A DNA stretch of 64,000 bases from an uncultured Gammaproteobacteria bacterium (GCA_964613815.1 CAZTKG010000005.1:22026-86025); one strand, 5' to 3'; positions 15,570-24,623 are shown, numbered from the stretch's first letter. Program-made: numbers and translations. The notes: generated by a model not told the origin, from the sequence alone.

Positions 15570-16427
15570 TTGGAGGCTTTGCGGATTCCCAGCAAGGGAT
15601 GTCGACTTCTTTCACCCCCCCCTCCAACTGGAGATAGCACGACCTCTTTCCTCCTCCTCGTTCTGGCCGCTTGCGGCGGCGATGTCCCCTGCCTCGATTC
15701 CGACAGCTTCGGCTCGTCCGATGGCGGCACTGTGATGTCGTCGCCGGACTTCGGCGACGACATCTTCGACGATCTCGATGACCTCGACGACGATGACAGC
15801 GGCGTCGACGCGCCCGACTTCGACTTCGGCGGGACCGACTCCGACACCTACGTCCCCGACGGCGAGTGCGAGTATCTCGTCGAGACCTGGGATGGCGACA
15901 TCATGATGACGAACTACCCGTTCATCGACGCCAGCAGCCGATCGCCCCAGGGCTTGTCCGAGCCCGGCTACCAGGAGGTGCTGCGCGTCCGCTACGGCGC
16001 CAGCAACGAGAACTGCCCGCCGATGTACTTCGGTGGCCTCACCTTGTACATCGGGGCCACCGACATCCACGAGACCTACTGGTACGAGGACGTCGAGGGC
16101 ATCGACGCCGTCAACAACATGACCGGTGAGCAGATCGGCTTCGGCCGCTTCTCAGTGTGTCACCTGAACGGCGGTGGCTGCCCGCAGTCGACTGGCCACT
16201 TCAGCACCACGCCGGACGAGGAGTACGGCCGCTGGTTCGACGGTGTGACCGCCCTGGGCGGCGAGACCGTGTCGATCAGCTTCTGGGTCGACCTCTCCGG
16301 CATCGGCGAGGGCGACACCTTCAAGCTGACGTTCGGTCCGGATCAGATGAGCATCTCGGACGACGGCTCCCAGTGGTTCACCTGGATGTTCGACTCCGTC
16401 GGCGCCAGCGATCCGATGGAGTTCTGA
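15570..16427 (+). CDS. Hypothetical acidic lipoprotein-like protein in a ~65% GC island (start uncertain; listed ORF begins with TTG)
   Basis: Strong GC3 codon bias in this frame, the lipobox-like FLLLVLAACGG and a run DDLDDLDDDDSGVD. An 8-nt C homopolymer at 15615-15622 lies near the start and could be a frameshift site. Confidence 0.4.
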   Translation: MEALRIPSKGCRLLSPPPPTGDSTTSFLLLVLAACGGDVPCLDSDSFGSSDGGTVMSSPDFGDDIFDDLDDLDDDDSGVDAPDFDFGGTDSDTYVPDGECEYLVETWDGDIMMTNYPFIDASSRSPQGLSEPGYQEVLRVRYGASNENCPPMYFGGLTLYIGATDIHETYWYEDVEGIDAVNNMTGEQIGFGRFSVCHLNGGGCPQSTGHFSTTPDEEYGRWFDGVTALGGETVSISFWVDLSGIGEGDTFKLTFGPDQMSISDDGSQWFTWMFDSVGASDPMEF

Positions 16428-16535
16428 TCTCTCGATCCCTCCCCGCCCAAGCCCCCGCGCTTGCGTGCGGGGGTTTCTTTTATTGACATTTTTGCTATTT
16501 ATGCATAGGATTTGGAGAGCTGACAACCTGGAGTT

Positions 16536-17141
16536 TTGATGATCAGCTTTCTTGTTCTCTCCCTGAATGCTGCTGCGGTTGGCGTGCCTCAGATGTGGCG
16601 CGAGGGATATCCTGCGGTCGATGACGAGACCGTCCCGCATACCCCGGTCGCTGCTGCGCCCGATGAGCCCATCGACTACGATGCGCTGATGTCTGGAGCG
16701 GATACCTACACGTATCTTGCCTCCGGCCTGGGGAGCCTCGCGTACCCCTGCGGGGTTCGTTCTCGTGACAATTTCCTGACGCCGCCTGCTGGCTTGCGGG
16801 ATGGCCATGGTCCGGTTTGGGTTCGGCGACTGACCAGCCCGGCAGCGGATGATGTGCATGAGTTCTGCAGCATCCATGTATTCGGAGACTGCGAGACGCC
16901 GATCAACATCGGCCTGATTCGTGGGCATGGCTACCAGGGGCAGGTCGTGTGGTTCAAGGATGGGCTCGAGGGCGAGGTGGATCGCCTGGTACAGCTCGAT
17001 CACAATGACTGGTTTCTGCAGATCAGCAACCCGGATATCGATGGTGGCGAGATCCATCTGATGACGTTCGGGACGTTCTCGCATATCGGCCTCCTCCCCA
17101 CCGGCTACCGCTCGGTGGAGACCCCTCCGCTACTTCCGTAG
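16536..17141 (+). CDS. Hypothetical secreted protein (201 aa) in the same high-GC island
   Basis: N-terminal signal-like MMISFLVLSLNAAAVGVPQ and high GC3. A terminator follows at 17150-17176. Confidence 0.4.
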   Translation: MMISFLVLSLNAAAVGVPQMWREGYPAVDDETVPHTPVAAAPDEPIDYDALMSGADTYTYLASGLGSLAYPCGVRSRDNFLTPPAGLRDGHGPVWVRRLTSPAADDVHEFCSIHVFGDCETPINIGLIRGHGYQGQVVWFKDGLEGEVDRLVQLDHNDWFLQISNPDIDGGEIHLMTFGTFSHIGLLPTGYRSVETPPLLP

Positions 17142-17149
17142 TAGCGCGC

Positions 17150-17176
17150 TGCTCGCGATGTATCGCGGGTTTTTTG
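17150..17176 (+). terminator. Intrinsic terminator (CTCGCGATGTATCGCGGG + TTTTTT)
   Basis: Hairpin plus T-run closing the high-GC island. Confidence 0.5.
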
Positions 17177-17224
17177 ATCGAATCTAAAGCATGGTACGAT
17201 GCGATTGATAAATTTATCTGTATT

Positions 17225-18202
17225 ATGAAGATTTTGACTGGAATTCGTCCGACGAATATTTTGCATGTTGGGAATTTGTTTGGGGCGCTTTTGCCTGCGG
17301 CGGCGCTTCAGCGGGAGCATGACTTGTTTATGATGGTCGCTGATTATCATGCGCTTACGACGTTGCATGATGCGGATCAGCTGCGGGATAATGTACTGTT
17401 TGCGACGGCGGCCTATATAGCTGCGGGGATTGATCCGAAGAAGACGGTGCTTTTTCAGCAGTCTCGGGTTAGTGCGCATGCAGAGCTTGCCTGGGTTTTG
17501 CAGACGATTGCGTATATGGGGGAAGCTAGTCGGATGACGCAGTTTAAGGATAAGAGTGATGGGAAGAAGCGGATCCCCGTTGGACTGTTTAGCTATCCTG
17601 TTTTGATGGCGGCGGATATTCTTCTCTACAGCGCTGATGCGGTTCCTGTGGGAGCGGATCAGAAGCAGCATTTGGAGTTTGCTCGGGATTTGGCTGGGCG
17701 GTTTAATTCGATGTTTGGGGAGACATTTACGGTGCCGGAGCCTCGGATTCGGGAGAGTGGGGCTGCGAAGATTATGAGTTTGCAGGATCCTTCGCGGAAG
17801 ATGAGCAAGAGCGATCCGAGTGCGAAGAGTTATTTGTCGATTATGGATGAGCCGGATGTTGTTGCGAAGAAGATTCGGAGTGCGGTGACGGATAGTGAGC
17901 GTGGGATCACTGCCAGTCCTGATCGCGCTGGACTATTTAATCTTTTGACGTTGTATTCGCTTTGTAACGGCGAGAGTGTGGGGACCATCTCTGGGAAGTA
18001 TGCAGATAAAGGGATGAAGGAATTGAAGGATGATTTGGCGGAGCAGGTTGTGGCGGTGCTAGCGCCTATTCAGGCGGGTGTTCGTACGCTCCTGGATGAC
18101 AAGGATGAGCTTTTGCGGGTGATTGAACTGGGGTCTCGGGCGGCTCGGGAGGTTGCGGATGCGAAGATGAAGGTTGTAAAAGAGCGCATTGGGGTAATTT
18201 GA
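17225..18202 (+). CDS. trpS: Tryptophanyl-tRNA synthetase
   Basis: Class I motifs: the HVGN variant of HIGH (ILHVGNLFGAL) and KMSKS (RKMSKSDPS). The true start is probably MKILTGIRPT at 17225 (listed ORF starts 17174). Confidence 0.9.
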   Translation: MKILTGIRPTNILHVGNLFGALLPAAALQREHDLFMMVADYHALTTLHDADQLRDNVLFATAAYIAAGIDPKKTVLFQQSRVSAHAELAWVLQTIAYMGEASRMTQFKDKSDGKKRIPVGLFSYPVLMAADILLYSADAVPVGADQKQHLEFARDLAGRFNSMFGETFTVPEPRIRESGAAKIMSLQDPSRKMSKSDPSAKSYLSIMDEPDVVAKKIRSAVTDSERGITASPDRAGLFNLLTLYSLCNGESVGTISGKYADKGMKELKDDLAEQVVAVLAPIQAGVRTLLDDKDELLRVIELGSRAAREVADAKMKVVKERIGVI

Positions 18203-18214
18203 GTTAGTCACAGC

Positions 18215-18240
18215 AAAAACAGGCAGGGTTGCCTGTTTTT
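18215..18240 (+). terminator. Intrinsic terminator (AAAAACAGGCA-GGGTT-GCCTGTTTTT) after trpS
   Basis: Perfect hairpin flanked by A-run and T-run. Confidence 0.6.
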
Positions 18241-18270
18241 GTGTTTGATGTGTTGACAAATCTTTGATTT

Positions 18271-18990
18271 GTGTTTATTTTTTCAGGGTCACCTTGTTGT
18301 GACTTCCTCAAACCTCCCGTTCCTTCCACGGAGCTATCCTTGTCTAGCATTTCTGTTCTTCCTGCCCAAAGGTCTAGCGCGCGCCAAGGTGCGTACCGGG
18401 CCTCGCTGATGCTGCGACTGCTCTCTCCCAGTGAGCTCAGGTCCAATCTCTCCCACGCTGGCGGCGATCAGCGCTCTTCGAGCGTACGCGCTGCCATGAG
18501 CCGCGTGAAGTGGCACCGATTCACCGAGCGTGTTCTCGATGTCCTCGTCGCCCAGGTCAACACCCGACTCGCCGCAGATCTGACCGATGAGCTTCGGTCG
18601 ACGCTGGTGCTGATGGGTGTTTCGCCCGAGCGCATGCCCTCTTCCGGCACCGACACCTCCGAAGAGCCGTCCGACCAGATCCAGGCGGTTTCTGCGGCAT
18701 CGACGCCGAACATCCTCGCGTTCGCTGCGACGCCGACGAAGGCTGTGTTCGACTGGATCGAGATGGTCGTCGAGACCGAATACGCCATGGAGCGTCGAGT
18801 TGGTCCGGGGATCGCGCGCACCAAGTACGGGCACGGATCTCGGACCATCCGCGCGGTCGAACGATTCCGTGCCGGTCAGCTCCCGCCCCGTCGCTTCAGC
18901 ACCTCGCTGTGCCGCTCGGCTCGCGCGGACTTCGACGTCACCATCCGGTCGCTGACCTTCGATGTGACGCACAGGCCGCTTCGGGCGTAG
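18271..18990 (+). CDS. Hypothetical protein in a second high-GC island (start uncertain; possibly Met at ~18495)
   Basis: High GC3 in the plus frame. The overlapping minus-strand ORF 18334..19086 is Arg-rich and looks like a GC artefact. A terminator-like hairpin GTCCCCGATCGTTTGGTCGGGGGAC plus T-run sits at ~19018-19052. Confidence 0.35.
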   Translation: MFIFSGSPCCDFLKPPVPSTELSLSSISVLPAQRSSARQGAYRASLMLRLLSPSELRSNLSHAGGDQRSSSVRAAMSRVKWHRFTERVLDVLVAQVNTRLAADLTDELRSTLVLMGVSPERMPSSGTDTSEEPSDQIQAVSAASTPNILAFAATPTKAVFDWIEMVVETEYAMERRVGPGIARTKYGHGSRTIRAVERFRAGQLPPRRFSTSLCRSARADFDVTIRSLTFDVTHRPLRA

Positions 18991-19054
18991 CGCTGCGCAA
19001 CGTCTACCGTGTATGATTCTGTCCCCGATCGTTTGGTCGGGGGACTTTTTTATT

Positions 19055-20455
19055 TTAGTATGCGCCTCTTGAGAAGATGACGACAATCGGTGTCTTTACC
19101 AAAATGATGAGGTCTAGCCATGGAGACCAATTTTCGATGTAGTGCATATCTAGTGCTACCTCCTCGTCGAAGTCTAGGTCTGCCCGTCCTGATGTTTGTG
19201 CCATTCCTGATATTCCCGGCTTGATAGTGAGGACCTTCTTTTGATGCGGTTTGTAGCTGTCTACCTCTTTTGGCAAGTGCGGACGCGGGCCTACGAGACT
19301 TAGCTTTCCTGACAGGACGAGGAAGAATTCTGGGAGTTCGTCGATGGAGTATTTTCTGATGAAGCGGCCTACGCGGGTGATGCGGGGGTCGTTTTCTAGT
19401 TTGAATAGCGGAGAACCATCGCGGTCGTTGCCGTATTTTTTGATGAACTCTGGGTCAAATCTGAATTTGTGGGCGTCGTGGACCATGGAGCGGAATTTGA
19501 AGTGGTCGTAGACTTTGCCGCCCTGCCCTACTCTTTTGTGGATGAAGAAAACGTTTCCTGGGCTTTCGATGAAGAGGACTAGTGCGGTGAGGAGTTGGAT
19601 TGGGAGGGTTATTGTGATGAGGATGAGAGACGCGATGATGTCGAAGATGCGTTTGTAAATAGCTCCCCATCCGGCGAGAGGAGTCTTTGGGATTTCTATG
19701 ACGGGTTGGCCGGCGAGGGTGTGCACGATTGGGGTGATGGCGGCGCCTGGGAACATGTCGGCTGAGTAGAGGAAGCTGAGATGTTCGGTGTCGGAGAATT
19801 GTTTGATTTTGTGCGCTTCTTCTCTTGTTGTGTTTGGGTTGGCGAGAATGATGGCGTCGATTTTGCCTTGGCGTTTTAGTTTGAGAATGCGTTCTTTTGT
19901 TTCCTCGGTGAATCGTGCGACGTGGGCAGTGACCCTGTAGCCGAGCTTGGGATCTTTTTTGAAATATTCTTCTAGGGTGTTTGCGATCTTGGTTTTTCCT
20001 ATGATGATGACGGAGGTCGCCCCAGTTCCTTTGGCGAGGAGGGATCTTCGGATGGCTCTTGTGAGCATGCGGAAGATGAAGACGGTGAATATTGAAAGGA
20101 GCCAAACGGCTAGGACGATGAATCGGGAATCGAAGAGTTCTCTTGAAAAGAAGCTGATCGCGAGAACGAAGGCGATTCCGGTTGAGCATGCGAGAGCGAT
20201 GCGACTGAACTCTACGGCAGCGCCTCTTTCGCGCGTTGAATAGAGGCCGGAGAATGCGAATATGATGAGCCAGGCGAGGGCGAAGGTGATTGATATTTCG
20301 ATGTACTCATCCATTGGCAGGTCGAAGATGATTGGGCGGACCTGCGCGGCTTGCGCGGAGAAACGGATGAGGTAGGCGATGGCTGCGGCGCCGATGAGGG
20401 CGATGAAATCTAGGGGGACCTGGAGTGCCGTGAAGAAAAGTTGCGTGCGTTTCAT
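19055..20455 (-). CDS. Undecaprenyl-phosphate sugar phosphotransferase (WbaP/bacterial sugar transferase family)
   Basis: Multi-TM N-terminus and C-terminal sugar-transferase motifs (PLFKLENDPRITRVGRFIRKYSIDELPEFFLVLSGKLSLVGPRP). An extended -10 TGATATAAT lies ~10 nt upstream of the start. Confidence 0.85.
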   Translation of the reverse strand: MKRTQLFFTALQVPLDFIALIGAAAIAYLIRFSAQAAQVRPIIFDLPMDEYIEISITFALAWLIIFAFSGLYSTRERGAAVEFSRIALACSTGIAFVLAISFFSRELFDSRFIVLAVWLLSIFTVFIFRMLTRAIRRSLLAKGTGATSVIIIGKTKIANTLEEYFKKDPKLGYRVTAHVARFTEETKERILKLKRQGKIDAIILANPNTTREEAHKIKQFSDTEHLSFLYSADMFPGAAITPIVHTLAGQPVIEIPKTPLAGWGAIYKRIFDIIASLILITITLPIQLLTALVLFIESPGNVFFIHKRVGQGGKVYDHFKFRSMVHDAHKFRFDPEFIKKYGNDRDGSPLFKLENDPRITRVGRFIRKYSIDELPEFFLVLSGKLSLVGPRPHLPKEVDSYKPHQKKVLTIKPGISGMAQTSGRADLDFDEEVALDMHYIENWSPWLDLIILVKTPIVVIFSRGAY

Positions 20456-20479
20456 ACCGCTTGATTATATCACTGAATA

Positions 20480-20503
20480 CAAAAACACCCTCTTGTGAGG
20501 GTG
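20480..20503 (-). terminator. Terminator of rnpB (CACCCTC-ACAA-GAGGGTG + TTTTTG on minus strand)
   Basis: Hairpin directly 3' of the RNase P RNA P1 stem. Confidence 0.5.
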
Positions 20504-20509
20504 ACTTTG

Positions 20510-20926
20510 TATTCAGGAACGTCATAAGCCGAATTCTGTGATCCGCAAGCGGATGACGATCATTTATCTAGGACGACTGTTGCCAGCCGCCTCGAGCGAG
20601 CTACCAAATTTGCTCTTGCACCAGAATGGGTTTACCACGTACTTGCATCACTGCAAGACGAAGGGCGTAGCCGGTATGTGATAGACACATGCGACATCTC
20701 CCTACTTTTCACGTTTGATCCCCGAGGGGATTAGTATAGTCTCTGCGGCACTTTCCCTAGGTTTCATCAGACTGCCAAGGATAATGATACCAATCCTTCA
20801 CGTTCTGATTATGTCCTGGTCGCTGTTAGCGACGTTCTTTTTTGACACGGGTTACCCGCGTGCCAGGTGTTCGGACTTTCCTCCAGACTTCGAAAAGACT
20901 GGCGATCGTCTCGGTTCCTGAACGTG
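20510..20926 (-). ncRNA. rnpB: RNase P RNA (bacterial type A)
   Basis: On the minus strand: GGAGGAAAGTCCGAAC (P4 5' strand), GGTAACCCG, GGTAAACCCATTCTGGTGCAAGAGCAAATTTGG, ACAGAATTCGGCTTATG (P4 3' strand), and the P1 pairing GTTCAGGAAC/GTTCCTGAAT. Confidence 0.8.
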
Positions 20927-21112
20927 TGGAAGATAGCATTTTTATGGGGGTTTGTCAATGCGCCTTGATTATTGAACTGATTTGACAACGCCTTCTTTTT
21001 TTGATTCAATGAGCACATACAGTGAGGTTCGAATAGAATCTAACTCTGGATGACAACAAGATCCCCTTTACAGTTTTATTACTGTGAAGGGGTCTTTGTT
21101 TTTCTTGACTTC

Positions 21113-21188
21113 TGGGCACGTGGAGGTAATGGCAACCTCACTGTTTTTGTCATCCAGAGATGCGGGTTCGAGTCCCGTCGTGTCCACC
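21113..21188 (+). tRNA. tRNA-like gene (76 nt, encoded CCA, G3-U70, A73); the anticodon stem has only 3 bp, so possibly a pseudogene or regulatory tRNA-like element
   Basis: GGGCACGTGGAGGTAATGGCAACCTCACTGTTTTTGTCATCCAGAGATGCGGGTTCGAGTCCCGTCGTGTCCACCA. Good acceptor, D-arm and T-arm; AC arm CUGUU-UUUGUCA-UCCAG is poorly paired. Preceded by a promoter-like TTGACA-17-TTCAAT at ~20978-21006 and an upstream segment complementary to its 5' half. Confidence 0.4.
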
Positions 21189-21287
21189 ACAAAGCCCTAA
21201 GTCAAGACCATTAATCCCGTAAATCCGGGGTTTTTGGTTTAGCTTTTTGTTGAATATATTCCGTTAAAATGCTTAAATGTAAGCCTT

Positions 21288-22403
21288 ATGCGAGTTGCTC
21301 TGATTCATGATCATCTGACGCAGAATGGGGGTGCGGAGCGGGTTTTGGAGGCGTTTCAGGCCATGTGGCCGGAGGCGCCTACTTTTACGCTTTTGTATGA
21401 TTCTCGGACGATGGATGAGACGTTTGGGCACCGGGATATTCGGCCCTCTGTGTTGCAGCGGATGCCGCTTTCGCTTCGGCGGCCTCGGTGGTATTTGCCG
21501 CTGATGCCTGTTGCGACGGAGAACTATGACTTGCGGAATTTTGATGTGATTGTTTCTAGCTCTAGTTCGTTTTCGAAGGGGGTTGTGCCGGGGAGTGATG
21601 CGATTCATGTTTGTTATTGTCACACGCCGACGCGGTATCTTTGGTCAGATACGCATAGCTACGTAAAGGACTTGCGGGCGCCGAAGATACTGAAGCGGGC
21701 GCTTCCTCCGCTTTTGAGTCGGCTTCGGGTTTGGGATCATAATGCAGCGCAGCGCGTTGATAACTTTATTGCGAATTCGGAGACGGTGCGGCGGCGGATT
21801 ACGAAGTATTATCAGCGGGAAAGTGATGTGATTCATCCGCCGGTTGATATTGATCAATTTCATCTTTCGCATAAGCCTAAAGAATATTACTTGATTGGGG
21901 GACGGCTGGTTTCTTATAAGCGATATGACTTGGTGATTGAGGCTTTTAATAAACTTCGACTGCCTTTGAAGGTGTTTGGGAGTGGGCCTGAGCAGATGCG
22001 GCTTCGGGCGATGGCTGGGTCGAATGTGCAGTTTTTGGGACGGGTCTCGAATGAGGAACGCGCTCGACTTTTTGCGGATGCGATTGCGTTTTTGAATCCT
22101 CAAGAGGAGGACTTTGGGATTACGCCGGTGGAATCGATGGCTGCCGGGCGGCCGGTGATTGCTTATCGGCGCGGAGGCGCCACGGAGACCGTGGTTGATA
22201 GTGTGAGTGGAATGCTTTTTGAGGAGCAGTCTTGGGAGGAGATTGCGGCTACGGTCTTACAGATGCAGAAGATGACGTTTGATCCGGAGCGGATTCGGGC
22301 GCATGCGGAGCAGTTTTCGCTGCAGAATTTTCATGAGAAGATGCGGAATTATGTTTCTGGGGCTTGGCAGGAGCATCAGCGGAAGGTCCTTGGGGAGATT
22401 TGA
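21288..22403 (+). CDS. Glycosyltransferase family 4
   Basis: GT-B fold with the Glycos_transf_1-like C-terminal domain (EDFGITPVESMAAGRPVIAY). Confidence 0.8.
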   Translation: MRVALIHDHLTQNGGAERVLEAFQAMWPEAPTFTLLYDSRTMDETFGHRDIRPSVLQRMPLSLRRPRWYLPLMPVATENYDLRNFDVIVSSSSSFSKGVVPGSDAIHVCYCHTPTRYLWSDTHSYVKDLRAPKILKRALPPLLSRLRVWDHNAAQRVDNFIANSETVRRRITKYYQRESDVIHPPVDIDQFHLSHKPKEYYLIGGRLVSYKRYDLVIEAFNKLRLPLKVFGSGPEQMRLRAMAGSNVQFLGRVSNEERARLFADAIAFLNPQEEDFGITPVESMAAGRPVIAYRRGGATETVVDSVSGMLFEEQSWEEIAATVLQMQKMTFDPERIRAHAEQFSLQNFHEKMRNYVSGAWQEHQRKVLGEI

Positions 22404-22406
22404 TGT

Positions 22407-23474
22407 ATGCGGATCGCTATTGATGTTCGGCATTTGACGCATCCGAATCCTTCCGGCGTTGGGAGATATACGATTCATTTGGTGGAGGAATTGATTGCTG
22501 CGTATCCGCAAGATACGTGGATTTTGTTTTGTGCAGGAGGTCGGAAGACTCGGGATCGACTTCCCTGTTTTGATCATCGACGTGCTGTGATTGTCCCTGT
22601 GCCAATCATGAATCGGATCCTGTATGGCGTATTGAGGTCTGGTTTTAATGTTGCGCTTGAGGATTTTTTGCCGATTCAGCCGGATGCTTGGTTGTTTCCG
22701 GACTTGAATGTTGTGCGGACTCGGCTTCCCTACTGTTTGACCGTGCATGATGCTGCGACTTCGATTATTCCTTCGTATTTTCCTCGGAAATCGCTTGCGA
22801 AGTTTCGGAGTGCGGGGTATCGGGATTTAGTTTGTGGTGCCGATAAGGTTTTGGCGGTTTCTGAGAGCACGGCGGTTGATGTGGGAGATCTATTTGGGGT
22901 GGAGCGGGAACGGATTGTTGTTGCTCCGCCGATTGTTCGTGTGGGCGATCGACGCGTTTTTGATCGCGGTAATAATTATATTCTGTCGCTTGGGACGCTT
23001 GAGCCTCGGAAGAATGTTGATGGGTTGATTGAGGCCTATGGGCTCTGGCGGGATCGCGGTGGGGATGCTCGGCTTGTGATTGCAGGGGGTGATGGGTGGA
23101 AGATGGGAGCTATTCGCAGAGCACTTGCGGCGTCTGTTTATCGGGATGATATTGAGCTTGTTGGGTTTGTTTCTGAGGAAGATAAGGATGTGCTGATATC
23201 TGGCGCTCGGTGCCTTGTGTTTGCGAGCTTTTATGAGGGGTTTGGTATGCCGGTTTTGGAGGCTTTGATGCGCGGGGTCCCGGTGATAACAGGTGCGCAT
23301 AGCTCTCTGTGTGAGCAATTTGGTGATCAGGCTGTTTTCGTCGATTCGTTTACTGTTTCTGATGTTTTGATGGCGCTAGATATCACCATGAGTACACAAT
23401 TTACCCACAGGCAAAAAGATGTGGATCAAAAATCTGTTCATGCGACGTATTTAGCCCTAAAATCTGTGCTATAA
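22407..23474 (+). CDS. Glycosyltransferase family 4
   Basis: Retaining GT4-type C-terminal motif (FYEGFGMPVLEALMRGVPVI). Confidence 0.8.
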   Translation: MRIAIDVRHLTHPNPSGVGRYTIHLVEELIAAYPQDTWILFCAGGRKTRDRLPCFDHRRAVIVPVPIMNRILYGVLRSGFNVALEDFLPIQPDAWLFPDLNVVRTRLPYCLTVHDAATSIIPSYFPRKSLAKFRSAGYRDLVCGADKVLAVSESTAVDVGDLFGVERERIVVAPPIVRVGDRRVFDRGNNYILSLGTLEPRKNVDGLIEAYGLWRDRGGDARLVIAGGDGWKMGAIRRALAASVYRDDIELVGFVSEEDKDVLISGARCLVFASFYEGFGMPVLEALMRGVPVITGAHSSLCEQFGDQAVFVDSFTVSDVLMALDITMSTQFTHRQKDVDQKSVHATYLALKSVL

Positions 23475-23481
23475 TTTAGGC

Positions 23482-24618
23482 ATGCGTATTGGAATTGATG
23501 CCAGGTTTTATGGCCCACGTGTTGGAGGTGGCGGCATTGGAAGATATGTCGAAGAACTTGTTACGCATTTACAGCTCATTGATACGAAAAATACGTACGT
23601 TCTGTTTTTGAAAAAAGAGAATTTTCATGAGTGCGTCATTCGAAATCCCCTTTTTTCTAAGCAGCTTCTGGATGTTCACTGGTATGGACTTCGTGAGCAG
23701 CGAGAGGTTCCGCGCGCGGTTCGCGATGCTCGTCTGGACTTTGTCCATTATCCGCACTGGAATGTTCCGCTCTTCAGCCGCGTTCCGTTTATTGTCACGA
23801 TTCATGACTTGATCCTGCTTGAGGACAGGCATTCGGCTCGCGTGAGCAGCAAAAGCCCTATTTTGCACGGATTCAAATATGCTGGGTTTCGGACTGTCTT
23901 GGAGCGTGCCGTACATAAAAGCCGACATATTCTCACCGTTTCTGCGTACAGTAAAGAATCTATCGTGCGACACTTTCGTGTTCCTCGGAACAAGATCACC
24001 ACCATTCCTAACGGCGTTATTACTCGCGTTTCTGATCGCGATATCAGTCTTTCAAAACTTGGCGTGTACGATCCGTACTTCCTGTACGTAGGCAATGCTT
24101 ACCCGCATAAAAATCTTGAGATGATGATGCATGCATTTGCGCGGTTTTCCGAGCAAAATGATCATGTTCAACTTGTCATCGCCGGACGTAGAGATGTGTT
24201 TTCTCGCCAACTTGAAGCCGAAGCTCGTGATATTGGACTTCGCAAGGGAGCTGTTCGGTTCTTGGACCTTCCCTCTGATGACGAGATCTCTACGCTTTAC
24301 CAACATGCAAAGCTGTTCGTCTTCCCTTCTCGCATCGAAGGGTTTGGCATCCCTCCACTCGAGGCGATGGCGCACGGGACTCTTGTTGCTGCCGCTCGCG
24401 CCGCAAGCTTACCCGAGGTCTTGCGCGAATGCGCTCTGTATTTTGACCCTCATGATGTTGAAGGACTTGCAGAAATCATGCAACGCTCGCTCAGTAGCTC
24501 GCGCTTATTTGCAAAGAAAATCGAAGATGGCAAGCGCCTGAGTGCGTCCTACCGATGGTCTGATGCAGCTCGAAAGACCCTTGATGTGTATCAACGATTC
24601 CCTATTTTAAAACGTTAG
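23482..24618 (+). CDS. Glycosyltransferase family 4
   Basis: C-terminal motif EGFGIPPLEAMAHGTLV. Confidence 0.8.
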   Translation: MRIGIDARFYGPRVGGGGIGRYVEELVTHLQLIDTKNTYVLFLKKENFHECVIRNPLFSKQLLDVHWYGLREQREVPRAVRDARLDFVHYPHWNVPLFSRVPFIVTIHDLILLEDRHSARVSSKSPILHGFKYAGFRTVLERAVHKSRHILTVSAYSKESIVRHFRVPRNKITTIPNGVITRVSDRDISLSKLGVYDPYFLYVGNAYPHKNLEMMMHAFARFSEQNDHVQLVIAGRRDVFSRQLEAEARDIGLRKGAVRFLDLPSDDEISTLYQHAKLFVFPSRIEGFGIPPLEAMAHGTLVAAARAASLPEVLRECALYFDPHDVEGLAEIMQRSLSSSRLFAKKIEDGKRLSASYRWSDAARKTLDVYQRFPILKR

Positions 24619-24623
24619 ACCCC

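Noticed and set aside
16152-17084. 310-aa minus-strand ORF in the high-GC island
   Set aside because: Arg-rich translation typical of open frames in GC-rich DNA. The plus-strand frames carry the GC3 codon bias.
18334-19086. 250-aa minus-strand ORF overlapping the second high-GC island
   Set aside because: Arg-rich and overlapping the plus-frame ORF that shows GC3 bias; it probably arises from high-GC composition rather than coding.
19455-20189. 244-aa minus-strand alternate-frame ORF
   Set aside because: Embedded out of frame within the WbaP gene; His/Arg/Pro-rich nonsense.
20940-21235. Possible tmRNA (ssrA) because of the G3-U70 tRNA-like 3' end
   Set aside because: The tRNA-like is a self-contained 76 nt with its own 5' acceptor strand. 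No tag-peptide reading frame ending in hydrophobic residues plus a stop, no pseudoknot series and no ~350-nt body are present. rnpB occupies the adjacent DNA on the other strand.
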